A DNA stretch of 64,000 nucleotides from Octopus sinensis (GCF_006345805.1 NC_043005.1:99076001-99140000), one strand, 5' to 3'; shown: positions 27,383 through 40,430, counted from the stretch's first letter. Numbers and translations are program-made. Notes: a model not told the origin generated them from the sequence alone.

Positions 27383-28111
27383 AAAAGGTAGCAAGCTGGC
27401 AGAATTGTTAGCATGCCCGGCAAAATGATTATGACATTTCATCTGTCTTTATGCTCTGTGTTCAAATCCCATTAAGGTTGAGTTTGCCTTTTATCCTTTC
27501 AGGGTTGATAAATTAAGTACCAGTTGCATACTGGGGTCAATCTAACCCACTGGCGCCCTATCCCAAAATGTCATGCTTTGTGGCTATAGTAGAAAGGATT
27601 ATTATTATCATTATTATTATTATTATCTAAGGCAGTGAGCTGGCAGAATTGTTAGCATGCCAGGTAAGAGGCTTAGTAGCATTTTGTCTGGCTTTACATT
27701 CTTAGTTCAAATTCTGTTGAGGTCAACTTTGTCTTTCATCCTTTCAGGGTCGATGAAATAAGTACCAGTTATGTAATGGGGTTGACACAATCAACTAGTC
27801 CCCACCCCAAAATTTCAGGCCTTGTGCCTTTAGTAGAAAGGATTATTACAAGATTAAGCTTGGCTGTGTGGTTAAAAAATCTTTGCTTCCCAACCACATG
27901 GTTTTAGGCCAACCAAAATCTTGTGAGTGGATTTGGTAGATAGAAACTGAAAAGTCCATTGTATATAGATGCAGGAGTGGCTGTGTGGTAAGAAGCTTGC
28001 TTCCCAACTACATGGTTCTAGGTTCAGCCTCACTGCATGGCACTTTGGACAAATGTCTTCCAGTATAGCTTGTGAGTGGATTTGGTAGGCAGAAACTGGA
28101 AGAAGCCCATC

Positions 28112-28151
<40 letters not shown>

Positions 28152-28560
28152 ATATTTCGTGTGTTTGTGTTTGTGTGTGTGTGTGTCAGTGTTTGCTCCC
28201 CCCTATTTCTTTATTGCCCACAAAGGGATTAAGTCAATTACATCGACCCCAGCGGGTAACTGGTACTTAATTTATTGACCCCGAAAGGATGAAAAGCAAA
28301 GTCAACCTCAGCGGAATTTGATCTCAGAATGTATGTATATGTGTGTTTGTGTGTTAGTGTTTGTCCCCCTGCCATCACTTGACAGCTGATGCTGGTATGT
28401 TTATGTCCTCATAACTTTGCAGTTCAGCAAAAAAGACCAATAGAACACATACTAGGCTTACAAAGAATAAGTCCTGGGTTGATTTCAACTAACAACCTTT
28501 AAGGCAGTGCTCCAGCATGGTTGCAGTCAAATGATTGAAACAAGTAGAAGAATAAAAGAA
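27383..28560 (+). mobile_element. Nested SINE cluster (two family B copies, then family A with a minus-strand family B piece inside)
   Basis: Family B heads at ~27385 and ~27629, family A heads at ~27861 and ~27971, and an inverted family B core at ~28220-28330. Confidence 0.75.
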
Positions 28561-29419
28561 TGTGTGTGTGTGTGTGTTTCCTTGTCTTGGACATCACATA
28601 ATAATTGTATGTGTGTGTCACCATCAAAGAAATGCTATCCTTCATTTCCACTCTTTATTGAAAACATGTCCAGCCATAGGGTAATATTGCCTGGTAAATA
28701 GGTGAGGGTTAGCAACAGGAAAGGCACCTAACTATAGAAAATCTATCTCAGCAAATTCTGTCTGGGCTATGCAAGCATGACGACAATGATGATAATGAAA
28801 ATGATAACTTCTCGATGTCTTCTATATCTACTGGAGTCTATTCATTAGATGTTTTTCCCACAATCCATTTTTCCTTTCTAAGTTCCAACTAAAACCACTG
28901 GGACCGTTTCTCACCCAAAGAACAATTACCATTATGTGATGCTCTGCATCTCTAAATGATCTTTCATGTCAGTACACCTCCGTCTCAAGTTTTGCTTTAA
29001 CAAAAGTAATCTTATTCTTTGCCTTCTCACTTTTTTATATGTCTGTGTGTTTCTTTGTGTGTATATTTAGGCATGCATGTGTGTGCATGTTTGCGTATAA
29101 CTTCTGCTGATGTATGTCATAGACAGATGTAAGTATTGATGTGAAAAAAAACAAAACAAAACAAAAAACTAGTTCTCTTTAAAAGTTTTATTGGAATATT
29201 CATTCTGCAGTGAGTTACAAACACTTCCTTGTCCTGTAAGTGGTTCATGGTTATAGTAACCGGCAACGTTGTTTCAATGCAATATAATTAAATTCATGAA
29301 ATCCTTAAAAAGAAGCAAAACATCAATAACTATACAGAGTGATTTCATTTGTCTGCCATTTTCTTACTAGCCATTATCATCATCATCATTACTATTATCA
29401 TACTTCCGGTTGGAAGGGG

Positions 29420-31135
29420 AGAACGTCGGTGTAAGCTTGATAAGTATTTTTGTTAATAGGCGATTGGAACACCATCTTGGATGCACGTGGAGGAAGTGAT
29501 AGGAAAGCTGGGTACGCAAGCCTCACAAATCTGCTCAGTCATTTCCAACTGGCTGACAGGTTCAGACTGGATTACCTGAATGCTCCTGTGTGGACATGGG
29601 CAAACAGCGTCTGGTCATCCAGATCTTATCTAGACAGGATATTTTGTAGGCCAGCAGATAGGGATAGCGTAAATTGTCCACAATTCGAACTTGTCAGCTA
29701 TACAGACCACAAATTTGTGATCTGTATGGTTAAACTAAATAGGCTTCATAGGCAGGGCCCGAGATACTGAAAGCTGAACATGTCCCTCCTGGCACAAAAA
29801 CTGAATGCATCCCTCCTGGGATAGAAGCTGAACATGTCCCTCCTGATGCGTCAAGCTTTCAGAGACTGACTTACTATGGTGGGTAGCCCTAAAATGGGAG
29901 ATTAGAGTAGAAGCTGTAAAATTTAGCAGAGAACTAGTGATAGAGAAGACTAGAGTAGAGGGAGACCTAGTCAGAAAATTAGAAGAGGCACTCAATAGAG
30001 GCGTAGCAACTGACGTGCTGGCAGCAAGATTGGTTCTCAACCAATTCTTCAACACCAAGTATGAAGGCTGCAATATCAGAGCTAGGGCACATGCTCTAAA
30101 ACAGGAGGGAATGCAAGCTGTTTGATGGGCCTGGGTGGCTGAGGTACAACGTGGTAATAAAACTACAATTCGGTCTTTGAGGAGTCAGGATGGGCACATG
30201 TTACAAGAGTCCAAGCAGATTTGTGTGTAATTTCTGCAGGACCTTGCTGAACTGTATGGAGTGCATGGTGTTCTGGAGGTGGAGGTGAACTTCACTTTCT
30301 ACTTTGATGGTCTGCCACAGCTTTCAGTCGAGGATGTGGAGTCCTGCAAAATGCTGATAACTGTTCAAGACATACATGATTTGTTGGTTAGTTGCACGAG
30401 GAAGAAGTCCCCAGGATTGGATGGTCTGCACTTTGAGCTTTATATTCATATGCCAGACTTGTTTGGTGAGCTTTTGTAGGGTGTCTACCACAAGTTCTGC
30501 AGGAATGGGTGTGCAGTCAGATGGGCTTGTCCGAGCAATGAAACCATTCTGCATGTTCTTGTACAGTGTCCATGCATTGTTGACTTGTGGAGCTTTGTTG
30601 AACAGTTATTGTCATGTGAAGGACGGATCCAGTTATCTGAGTCCATAGTGAAGATTGCCCCACTTCCTTTCTTTGGCCAGGAAGGACAGACATTTTTTCT
30701 CTGTCTGGTGGCTATGGCGAAACTGGTTGTATGGTGGACGCAATTGAAAGGGTTGAAGACAGGTACCTTCTTCTTCAGTCAACACCTCATTGACTTTTTC
30801 AGGTTCCACCTAAAAAGGAAAGGCTGGAGAGGGAGGTACTGTCATCTGGTAAGTTTGTTGAAAGGTGGGTGAATGTTGCAAGAACGGCCTATGTGAATGA
30901 ATCTACTCTAAGTGTGCACCTATAAGCTTGATGGAATGAGGAGGCCAGGGTGTCTACCTGAGGTTCCTTTGGTGTTAGAGGATTCGAAGTGTGTGAGGTT
31001 CCTTTGCTCACCTTTGTTGTTTTAATCTCCTTCTTAATTGTGTTTTCCTTTTTGCTGTTTACATATTTAATCCCACTCTCCCTTGTCTGTGCATCATCCT
31101 TTGTGTTTTGCATTTGGCCCTAGTGGAAAATAAAG
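29420..31135 (+). pseudogene. Internally deleted L1/Tx1-like LINE (APE endonuclease, RT start, C-terminal CCHC)
   Basis: LIGDWNTILD, VWTW...SRSYLDRIF, YTDHKFV, KSPGLDGLHFELY and CPSNETILHVLVQCP, with several stops and frameshifts. AATAAA lies near 31128. Confidence 0.8.
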
Positions 31136-31149
31136 AAAGTATTATTATT

Positions 31150-31944
31150 ATTATTCAGTAAGTTTATTTTTATAGCGTGCTTTCACTTCACTACCAAGCG
31201 CAGCTCTGTGTGCCTTGGGTATGTACTGTGATTTGTTGTGATGCTCTGATGGTTATTGTATGGAAAGTGTTCTGCGTAGGATGTGTGCAGTGCCTAGTAG
31301 TGCAATTTTCTGTATGTTATGTGTTTGTAAGTCCTGGTGTTTTTGTTATGTATTTGTCTGAATATTTTTTTATCATGCCTAATGCACCTACTATGATAGG
31401 AATTGTTTCTGTTTTTAGATTCCACATTCTAGTTACCTCTATTTCCAGGTTTTTGTATTTTGAAAATTTCTCCATTTCTTTTAGAGACACGTTGTCATCT
31501 GCTGGTATTAATACATCAATTAGAAAGCATTTTTTTTCTTCATGATCTCTGACAGCTATATCCGGCCTATTGGCCTTAATTTCTCTATCTGTGTGTATTG
31601 GCATATCCCAGAGTATGGTTGCTTTCTCGTTTTCTGTGACCTTTTCTGGTGTGTGCCTATACCATCTTTTTTCTGTTGTTATTCCATAATGTTGGCAAAG
31701 CTTCCAGTGTATGTAAGTCCCAACTCTGTCGTGTCTGTGAATATATTCCTTCTTAGCCAGGACTGGGCAGCCAGAGATAATATGATTTATTGTTTCTTGT
31801 CCATCTCCACATATTCTGCAGTTACTTGTTATATTTCTTTTCATTACATGTTTTTGGTAATTTCTGGTGGGGAGGCTTTGGTCTTGTGCTGCAATTAAAA
31901 ATCCCTCTGTCTCTGCTTTGAGTCCTGAGCTTCTCAACCATTGC
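31150..31944 (-). mobile_element. R4/Dong-like LINE 3' fragment (CCHC knuckle plus restriction-like endonuclease) in (TAA)n
   Basis: CRICGDGQETINHIISGC, RHDRV, NRPDI...FLIDV and C-terminal KIALLGTAHILRRTLSIQ*. (TTA)n flanks both ends. Confidence 0.88.
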
Positions 31945-31969
31945 TATTATTATTTTTATTATTACTATT

Positions 31970-32840
31970 AAGGCAGTGAGCTGGTGGAATCGTTAGCATG
32001 CTGGGCAAAATGCTTAACAGTATTTTGTCTGTCTTTATGTTCTGGGTTCAAATTCCATCAGGGTTGACTTCACCTTTCATTCTTTCGAGGTTGATAAATT
32101 AAGTACCAGTTGAGTACTGGGGTCAATAAACTATTCCCCTACCTCAAATTTCAGGCCTTGTGCCTGTAGTAGAAAGGATTATTATTATTATGAAGACAGT
32201 GAGCTGGTAGAAACATTAGCACACCAGGCAAAATGCTTAGAGGCATTTCATTTGTCTTTGTGTTCTGAGTTCAAATTCTGCTGAGGTCAGTTTTGCTTGT
32301 CATCCTTTTAAGGGTGATAGAATAAGTATCAGTTGAGTACTGGGATTGATGTCATTGATTTACCCCTGTCCTGAAGTTGCTGTCCTTGTGCCAAAATTTG
32401 AAATCATTTTTAATCTTAATTTTAAGGTGGCGAGCTGGCAGGCCAGGCTTTGCAGTATTTCATCTACTTTACAGAGCAGAGATCAAATTCTGCCAAGGTT
32501 GACTTCACCATTCATATTTTTCGGGTCAATGAAATAAATACCAGTCAGGTTCTGGGGTCAATGGAATCAACCAGCTCCCTCTCCCAAAATTTCAGGCCTT
32601 TTACCTAAATTAGAAAGGTTTATCATTATTCTTTTCTACTCTAGACACAAGACCTGAAATTTTTGGTGAGGAGGGCAGTCGATTAGATTGACCCCAGTAC
32701 ACAACTGGTACTTAATTTATCGACCCTGAAAGAAAGAAAGGCAAAGTCGACCTTGGCGGAATTTGAACTCAGAATGTAAAGACAGATGAAATACCGCGAA
32801 GCATTTCACCCAGCATGCAAACGTGTCTGCCAGCTCACTA
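31970..32840. mobile_element. Cluster of four SINE family B copies (three plus, one minus)
   Basis: Heads at ~31970, ~32190 and ~32425 on plus, and an inverted copy at ~32635-32840. Confidence 0.8.
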
Positions 32841-34524
32841 TTTTAGGTTTATTATTATTACTATAGTAATAATAATAATAATATTCCTTTAAAAATAAAG
32901 GTTTCTGGAAATTCTATCCACCTATAAGAGAACTATGTATTATGCATATATAAGCTGGGTTTCAACTAATCTGTTAGTTGTATTATCAATACCAGATCAA
33001 CAAATGGTGCTGACTTTACTAAAAGAGCTCTGGCCTTTTACATTCTGAATTCTTGTAAAGATCAACATTTTCATCTGTTTTAGATTCATAAAATAAATAC
33101 CAGCTAATATATTCAATGGGCTATGTAGTCTTTTGCAGCAAAAATTAACCTTGCGCTTATTCTAAAAAAAAAAATAATAAATAAATAAATAGAGAGAAGA
33201 ATATTTACAGAAAATACATTCTAAAACCAAATAACATAAAAGAAAACACAGAATAAAATGTAAATGAAAAAGAAAATAAAATTGAAATAAAATATTTCCT
33301 TCTGAATTTAAAGAGTTTTCTGGTTTTCTTTTAGTCTCTTTTCAGTTTTCTTTGGCAAAATAAAACTTTCAGAGTTGAAGAATTATTTTCTAAATCTACA
33401 TTGAAAGGAAGGATGGGGAAAGGGGTGGAATAAAGATTATATATACATGCATGCAAATTCAGATTGGCAGATAGACAGATAGAAAATACTAGGCAAGGAA
33501 TAATAATGACAGACAGACGCAGAGATAAGTGTATCTTATCAACCAATAAATGAATACATACAGAGAAGAACACACACACACAAGCACACACACATACAAA
33601 TACACACACACAAATACACACACACACACACACACAAGCACACACACAAATTAAAAGAAAATAAACAATCAGATGGTTTTGCTGCATGAAGAAATATTTG
33701 GTTGCCCTGTTGCTACTGTAGTAGATGGTATTTGTTGTTGATGTTGTAGTTGTTGTTGTTATTGCTGTTGCTACTGTTGTAGTTGTTCAGCTAGTCGTTA
33801 CCACTTGCATTGATCGAAACTCACCAAAGCCTTTTTTTTCCTTTCTTTCTTCTACTTTAATTTGCTTATTTTTCATGGTAAACAAAGCCAGACACATGTA
33901 CACGCACACAGAAACACACACACACACACACACACACCCATGCACGCAGTTTACTAGAAGCTTCTTCAACTAAGTTCCAAAATATAATAAAATATAAAAA
34001 ATAAACCCAAAACCTGATGCAAAACCTCAAAACCATATCAGAATAACTAGCTAAATAAACTTGTGTTCATCTATGGGCTTTTGTTGTTGTTGTTGCTTTC
34101 TTACAGAATATATTTGTGTATGGTGGTGGTGGCCATGTGGAGTGGTGTGTGCATAGTGGCTAGCAGAGTGGTATAGTCATGGGAAGCAATTATAATGCCA
34201 CGCACAAGATTTATAATACACACGTATATGTGTGCGTCGTGCATGTGTGCAAATATCTAAAGTTTCAGTTCTGAGAAGTAATCCTATATCCCATTTTTGG
34301 TTTTTCTTTTATTCTGTTGCACCAGTTTCCACCTCGTCTTTTGACAGGCATGCATAGAAATTAACAATTGTTATTTGCAAGGGATTTTTATTGGGTCAAG
34401 TGAATCCAAACACCTATTTTCAGTGACATTAGTAACAACAAAAACTATAATTATATGAGTCTGTGTGTGTATACATGCGTATATATATATATATATATAT
34501 ATAGATATAGATATAAAAGCTATG

Positions 34525-34581
34525 AGTCACTGATGAGGATAAAGGTGGTCTACATCAAAATCCAAAATCCTCGATCTGACT
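34525..34581 (+). ncRNA. Hammerhead ribozyme relic (G12A)
   Basis: Stem I AGTCA/TGACT, core CTGATGA, stem II GGAT/ATCC, AAAA in place of GAAA, stem III TC-CTC-GA, then TC. Confidence 0.5.
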
Positions 34582-34586
34582 ATATA

Positions 34587-35841
34587 CAGGAGTTGGACAA
34601 AATAATGGAAACACCTTAAAATTTCAAACAAATTTATTTTAATATGGAGTAGGACCGCCTTTGGCAATGATTACAGCTTCAATTCTACAAGGTATGGACT
34701 CATACAAAGTTTGAATTGTTTCCAAAGGAATATTTGTCCATTCTTCAGCTAAAACAGTCTCCAGTTCTTGTAGTGATGATGGTGAAGAATATTGACTCCT
34801 TACTTGTTTTTCTAAAATGTACCATAAATGTTCAATAATATTGAGATCTGGGAACTGTGGTGGCCAGATAAGATGTTCAACCTCACTAGAATGTTCCTTG
34901 TGCCATTCAGTAACAACTTTAGCTATGTGAATTGGTGCATTATCATCATGAAAGATTGCATTACCCTCCGGGAACAGTTCCGCATCCATAAGATGAATTT
35001 GATCAGATAAAATGTTTAAATAGTCTTGTCTATTAACTGTGCCACGAAGGGAAACTATTGGGTCGGTGGATTTCCAAGGTACAGTCCCGCCCTCCCCGAT
35101 CATCACAGATCCTCCTTCATGTTTAACAGTTGGAAGAAGGCAGTCTGGGTCAAATGCTTCTTTTGGCTGTCTCCACATGTATACTCAGCCGGTGGTCAGA
35201 AATAGGGTAAAGAATGACTTGTCTGAGAAAATAACATTCTTCCACTGTTCTAGGGACCAATTCTGTGGGTTTTTACTCCACACTAAATGCTTTGCAATGT
35301 TTGTTTTTGAAAATAGTGGTTTTCTGATTGCAGCCCTCCCATGAAATCTAGCTTTGTGCAGTTCCTGGCGAACAGTTTTTGTGGAAACTAGGTTCTCAAA
35401 GTGGTCATTAAGCTCTGCAGTAATTTTGGAAGCTCTACTTTTGTGATCCTTTCTAACAATTCCCATAAGAGTCCAACGGTCCCTATCTGAAAGTTTTGGT
35501 TTTCTTCTGGAGTTTTGTTTCGACAAGGAGGTTTTCCCCTCTTTTTCAAAGGCTGTCATTACTTTCAAGACACTACTTCTTGATACACCAAACATTTCGG
35601 CTGTTTTCATTATGCTAGCGCTTACCAAACGAGAGCACCAACAATTTGACCTCTTTGAAAGTCAGAAAGATCTGTCATTTTAATGAATATTAATTAGCTT
35701 TTTCTGATGATATCTGAAAAGAAACAGCAATTTTAGCAAAACATATTAAGCAACACTAATAATAAATCAAAAAACATAAAAATAAACAAGTTTTTGATGC
35801 TTGAAATTTTAAGGTGTTTCCATTATTTTGTCCAACCCCTG
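34587..35841 (-). mobile_element. Full-length Tc1/mariner transposon, 1255 bp, DD36E type
   Basis: 41-bp TIRs CAGG(A/G)GTTGGACAAAATAATGGAAACACCTTAAAATTTCAA with TA on both sides. The transposase lies on the minus strand. Confidence 0.95.
34639..35628 (-). pseudogene. Tc1-like transposase with one in-frame TGA (35185-35187, probable CGA>TGA)
   Basis: The two track ORFs are in frame across the stop. Motifs: HTH region, IFSDKS, TVKHEGGSVM, FHDDNAPIH and WPPQFPDLNIIEHLW. There are 36 residues between the second catalytic D and E. Confidence 0.9.
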
Positions 35842-36230
35842 TATATATACATGTGTGTATATATATGTATATGTGTGTGTGTGTGTATATATATGTATAT
35901 ATATATATATATTTATATATACACACAGGTGCAGGAGTGGCTGTGTGTTAAGGAGCTTGCTTCCCAACCACGTGATTCCAGGTTCAGTCCGACTGCATGG
36001 CACCTTGGGCAAGTGTCTTCTACTATAGCCTCAGGCAGACCAAAGCCTTATGAGTGGATTCAGTAGATGGAAACTGAAAGAAGCCTGTTGTATATATTTA
36101 TATGTATATATTCATGTGTTTGTGCCCCACTATCACTTGATAACCAATGCTGGTGTGTTTATGTCCCATTAACTTAGCAATTTGGCAAAAGAAACCGATA
36201 GAATAAGTACTAGGCTTACAAAGATTAAAA

Positions 36231-36263
<33 letters not shown>

Positions 36264-36266
<3 letters not shown>

Positions 36267-36936
36267 CTCATTTTTTTTTTACTTGTTTCAGTCATCTGAC
36301 TGTTGCCATGCTGCAGCTCCGCCTTTAGTCGAGCAAATCGACCTCAGGACTTATTCTTTGTAAGCCTAGTCCTTATTCTATTGTACTCTTTTGCCAAACC
36401 GCTAAGTTACGGAGACATAAACACTCCAGCATCAGTTGTCAAGCGATGCTAGAGGACAAACAGACACACAAACATATACACGCACACACATATATACATA
36501 TACATATATAGATCGGGCTTCTTTCAATTTCCATCTACCAAATCCACTCACAAGGCTTTGGTCGGCCTGAGGCTATAGCAAAAGACACTTACCCAAGGTG
36601 TCATGCAGTGGGACTGGACCCGAAAGCATTTGGTTCACAAGCAAGCTAAATAACATTAATCAAAGGACACATTAAAGTGTTGTATACAGTTGAATTTGTT
36701 ATTTTCAGTGTAAACATTTTTTTGTTGGTCCAAATGAGGGTTTTAACTCTTATTTCTAGTGGGTAGACACTTTGCGTCCTTTGAGTAATGTTATTTTAAT
36801 TCTATAGCTATATAATGCTGATTTAGGCCTGCCACCACCTATATTAATATTGTTATTATAAACTATTTGTATTGCCTTCGATAATCATAGCAATGTAAAT
36901 ATCTATACAAATATTTGCTTCTGAATATTTTAGCTG

Positions 36937-36973
<37 letters not shown>

Positions 36974-37644
36974 CTCATTTTTTTTTTACTTGTTTCAGTC
37001 ATCTGACTGTTGCCATGCTGCAGCTCCGCCTTTAGTCGAGCAAATCGACCTCAGGACTTATTCTTTGTAAGCCTAGTCCTTATTCTATTGTACTCTTTTG
37101 CCAAACCGCTAAGTTACGGAGACATAAACACTCCAGCATCAGTTGTCAAGCGATGCTAGAGGACAAACAGACACACAAACATATACACGCACACACATAT
37201 ATACATATACATATATAGATCGGGCTTCTTTCAATTTCCATCTACCAAATCCACTCACAAGGCTTTGGTCGGCCTGAGGCTATAGCAAAAGACACTTACC
37301 CAAGGTGTCATGCAGTGGGACTGGACCCGAAAGCATTTGGTTCACAAGCAAGCTAAATAACATTAATCAAAGGACACATTAAAGTGTTTGTATACAGTTG
37401 AATTTGTTATTTTCAGTGTAAACATTTTTTTGTTGGTCCAAATGAGGGTTTTAACTCTTATTTCTAGTGGGTAGACACTTTGCGTCCTTTGAGTAATGTT
37501 ATTTTAATTCTATAGCTATATAATGCTGATTTAGGCCTGCCACCACCTATATTAATATTGTTATTATAAACTATTTGTATTGCCTTCGATAATCATAGCA
37601 ATGTAAATATCTATACAAATATTTGCTTCTGAATATTTTAGCTG

Positions 37645-37648
<4 letters not shown>
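36264..37648. repeat. Near-identical tandem duplication (36264-36940 and 36971-37648), each unit carrying a minus-strand family A SINE
   Basis: Units look identical except for about one indel. They are separated and bounded by (TA)n. Confidence 0.92.
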
Positions 37649-37681
<33 letters not shown>

Positions 37682-37689
<8 letters not shown>

Positions 37690-39587
37690 AATAGTAAAAA
37701 GTGAAAAAACTACAGAAGGCTTAAAGGTTAAAAAATATATATATTTGCGTCAATATGTCTGAAGAATATTAAAAAATTTTTTTTGTTACCATGACATAGT
37801 TTAGAAGAAAGACTGGTTTCGCGTTTAGCTTTTCAAATTTCTTACGATGTTATGTTTATGTTGAATAGAGTTATCGTTATGTTTATGTTTAAAAGAGTTC
37901 TAAATAAGGGGAGGTAATGAGTGATTTCTTCCGGTGTAAGGGAGATAATCGCTTAAAATTTTTTTCCTTTCCCTTGGTGTGAATTTCTCTGTATCAGTAT
38001 GTTGGCATGGTTAAGTCTGGGCTTGTACTTTTCAATGAAGAATGTTTCCTTGTTTAGTCTAATTTGTGTTGATGATCCGATAGCACATTGGTAAAATGGA
38101 AAGATTAAAAATTGTGGTAGTAGTTGCTTTGCGCATTTTTCAATGTGCTCACTAAAAGGTATCATTCTGTATTCTGGAAATGCAATCTGTTGTCGATGCA
38201 GTGTGCATCTATGTCTGAGTGATAGTCCCGTGGATCCCACGTAGTCTTGGTGGCAGCCCGAGCATTTTATGACATAAATTATGTTTTCAGAGGCACAAGT
38301 AAAGTTAGATTTGATCTTGAATTTCTGTCCCTCTTTAAAGAAGAATTCTGATCCTTCCAATAGGTTAGGACATGTTGCACAGTTCGATCTACCACATTTT
38401 TTTACTTTTGCATCCGTAATTTCAGAAAACAATTTTGCCTTTGTGAGAATCTTTTTAAGTGATTTAGGTTGTTTGTAGCTTTTAATCATTTGGTGTATGT
38501 TTAGAATTTCCTTTAATTTGGGGTCCTTATGAAGTATTGGTAAATTCTGGGTGATGATGGTGAAGGGTTCTTTGTTTCTGGGGTTGTATGTGGATATGTA
38601 AGGTAGTATTTTCGGGAAGGTGTGTTGTTGTGTTGAACTTTTCTTAAAGTTTCTATGTTGATTTCTGTTGCACGTCTGATCCCATCCTCTATGAGTTGAG
38701 CTGGGTAATGTCTGTCAATTAGGGTGTTTTTGAGTTCTTGCAGTCTAAAGTTCCTGGTATTTTGTTCTGACACTATTGTGCATATCCTTCTTGCAAGGTT
38801 GAAGGGGATGTTTGTTTTAGTGTGTCTTGGGTGGCATGAATTAAAAAGAAGGTATTGTTTGGCGTCTGTGGCTTTGTAAATATGTCTGTTTCTATTTAAG
38901 GTTATTTTTTTAATTAGTATATCCAAGAACGGGAGCTCCTTTTGGTTGTATTCCATTGTGAACTGTATATTTGGGTTTATGCTGTTCAATAGGTTTTAAA
39001 TTTTAGGAGTTTATCTGTGTTTTCATTCCAGAGTATAAAACAATCGTCTAAGAATCATTTCCAATTCTCTTTTATGTATTGAGAAAGAGGATTTCCAAAG
39101 ATTGATAAAGATTCCTGGTAAATGATTATTTCCATGTAGTCCATTGTTAGGTTCGCAATGACTGGTGCTGCCCTTGTACCCATAGCAATTCCGGATTTTT
39201 GACGGTAAAATGTATTGTCAAACATGAAGTGGTTATTATGTAGGATGAATTCAATTGATTTAGTAATGAATTCTTTACTGATCCTTTTGGGTATTTCTTC
39301 CGGAAAAAATTTTTAAGCGATTATCTCCCTTACACCGGAAGAAATCACTCATTACCTCCCCTTTTTAGAACTCTTTTAAACATAAACATAACGATAACTC
39401 TATTCAACATAAACATAACGTCGTAAGAAATTTGAAAAGCTAAACGCGAAACCGGTCTTTCTTCTAAACTATGTCATTGTAAGAAAAAAAATTTTTTAAT
39501 ATTCTTCAGACATATTGACGCAAATATATATATTTTTTAACCTTTAAGCCTTCTATAGTTTTTTCACTTTTTACTATTTTCTATATA
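37682..39587 (-). mobile_element. Penelope-like element 2, 5'-truncated, with ~285-bp inverted pseudo-LTRs (37682-37967 and 39302-39587)
   Basis: The termini are reverse complements. RT motifs: GIAMGTRAAP, K*FLDD and LPFLDILI. Cys linker CGRSNCATC. GIY-YIG: IIYVIKCSGCHQDYVGSTG. Stops and frameshifts are present. Confidence 0.92.
39425..39463 (+). ncRNA. Minimal hammerhead-like motif with a U3/A8 core in PLE2 pseudo-LTR (second copy 37805-37843 on minus strand)
   Basis: Stem I AAGAAA/TTTCTT, (T)TTGAAAA core, stem II GC-TAAAC-GC, GAAA, palindromic ACCGGT stem III, GUC site. Confidence 0.55.
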
Positions 39588-39618
39588 TTCAACCACGTGC
39601 TTTCAGAAACCAACTTTC

Positions 39619-39649
<31 letters not shown>

Positions 39650-40018
39650 TATATCAGTCAGTTGTTCATCTTTTTTTATGCCTGCTTATGCCATACTGGT
39701 GCTGGTTGTATGGGTCAATTTCAGTACACACTCTCCACATATCAAATTCCTTTGTTCAGTACTGTCTTAAGACATGGACCCACTAGGCACTTGCCTATGG
39801 TCCCATAGGTCTAGGAATTCAATTGTCCTGCTGTCAATAAATAAATACTATAGAGCCCAGTGCCTTGATTTGCCTGGGGCCCTATAATACTTCCGACCCA
39901 ACCCTGCCTTTGTCATCTTGTGAGGCTACTTTGGCATAGGTCTTTTACTTCTACAGGTACTTTCCCCCTTATAAATTTTTTAAGCAACTGTCATTCTTCA
40001 TTTACATCACATATATAA

Positions 40019-40051
<33 letters not shown>

Positions 40052-40052
<1 letters not shown>

Positions 40053-40430
40053 TTTTTCCTTGTTAACAATTAACATGGTAGCAAGAAATCACATAAGTAA
40101 AAAGGTTGGTGGTCCAAATGATGGTTTTTAACTCTTATTTCTAGCGGGTAGACACTGTGTGTCCTTTTATTAATGTAATTTTAATTCTATATCTATATAA
40201 TGCTGATTTAGGCCTGCAACCACCTATGTTAATATTAATCACTATAGATATCCATCATTTTCTGTTAAAATGTCTTATTGACGAGTTTCATTTCTTCATT
40301 TCCCTGAAGAGAAGATTACATTGTTTTACACCATTTTATTCCGTTGGAATAATACCAGTGATATCATCGAAACATGTGTCGGAAGTAAAAGAATTTGAAT
40401 GGCACCTGCGTTCCACTCCATATATATATA

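Noticed and set aside
39740-39908. Possible hAT-like MITE (GTCTTAAGAC...GGGGCCCTATAAT...CCCTG)
   Set aside because: The termini are too degenerate, and no 8-bp target-site duplication was identifiable.
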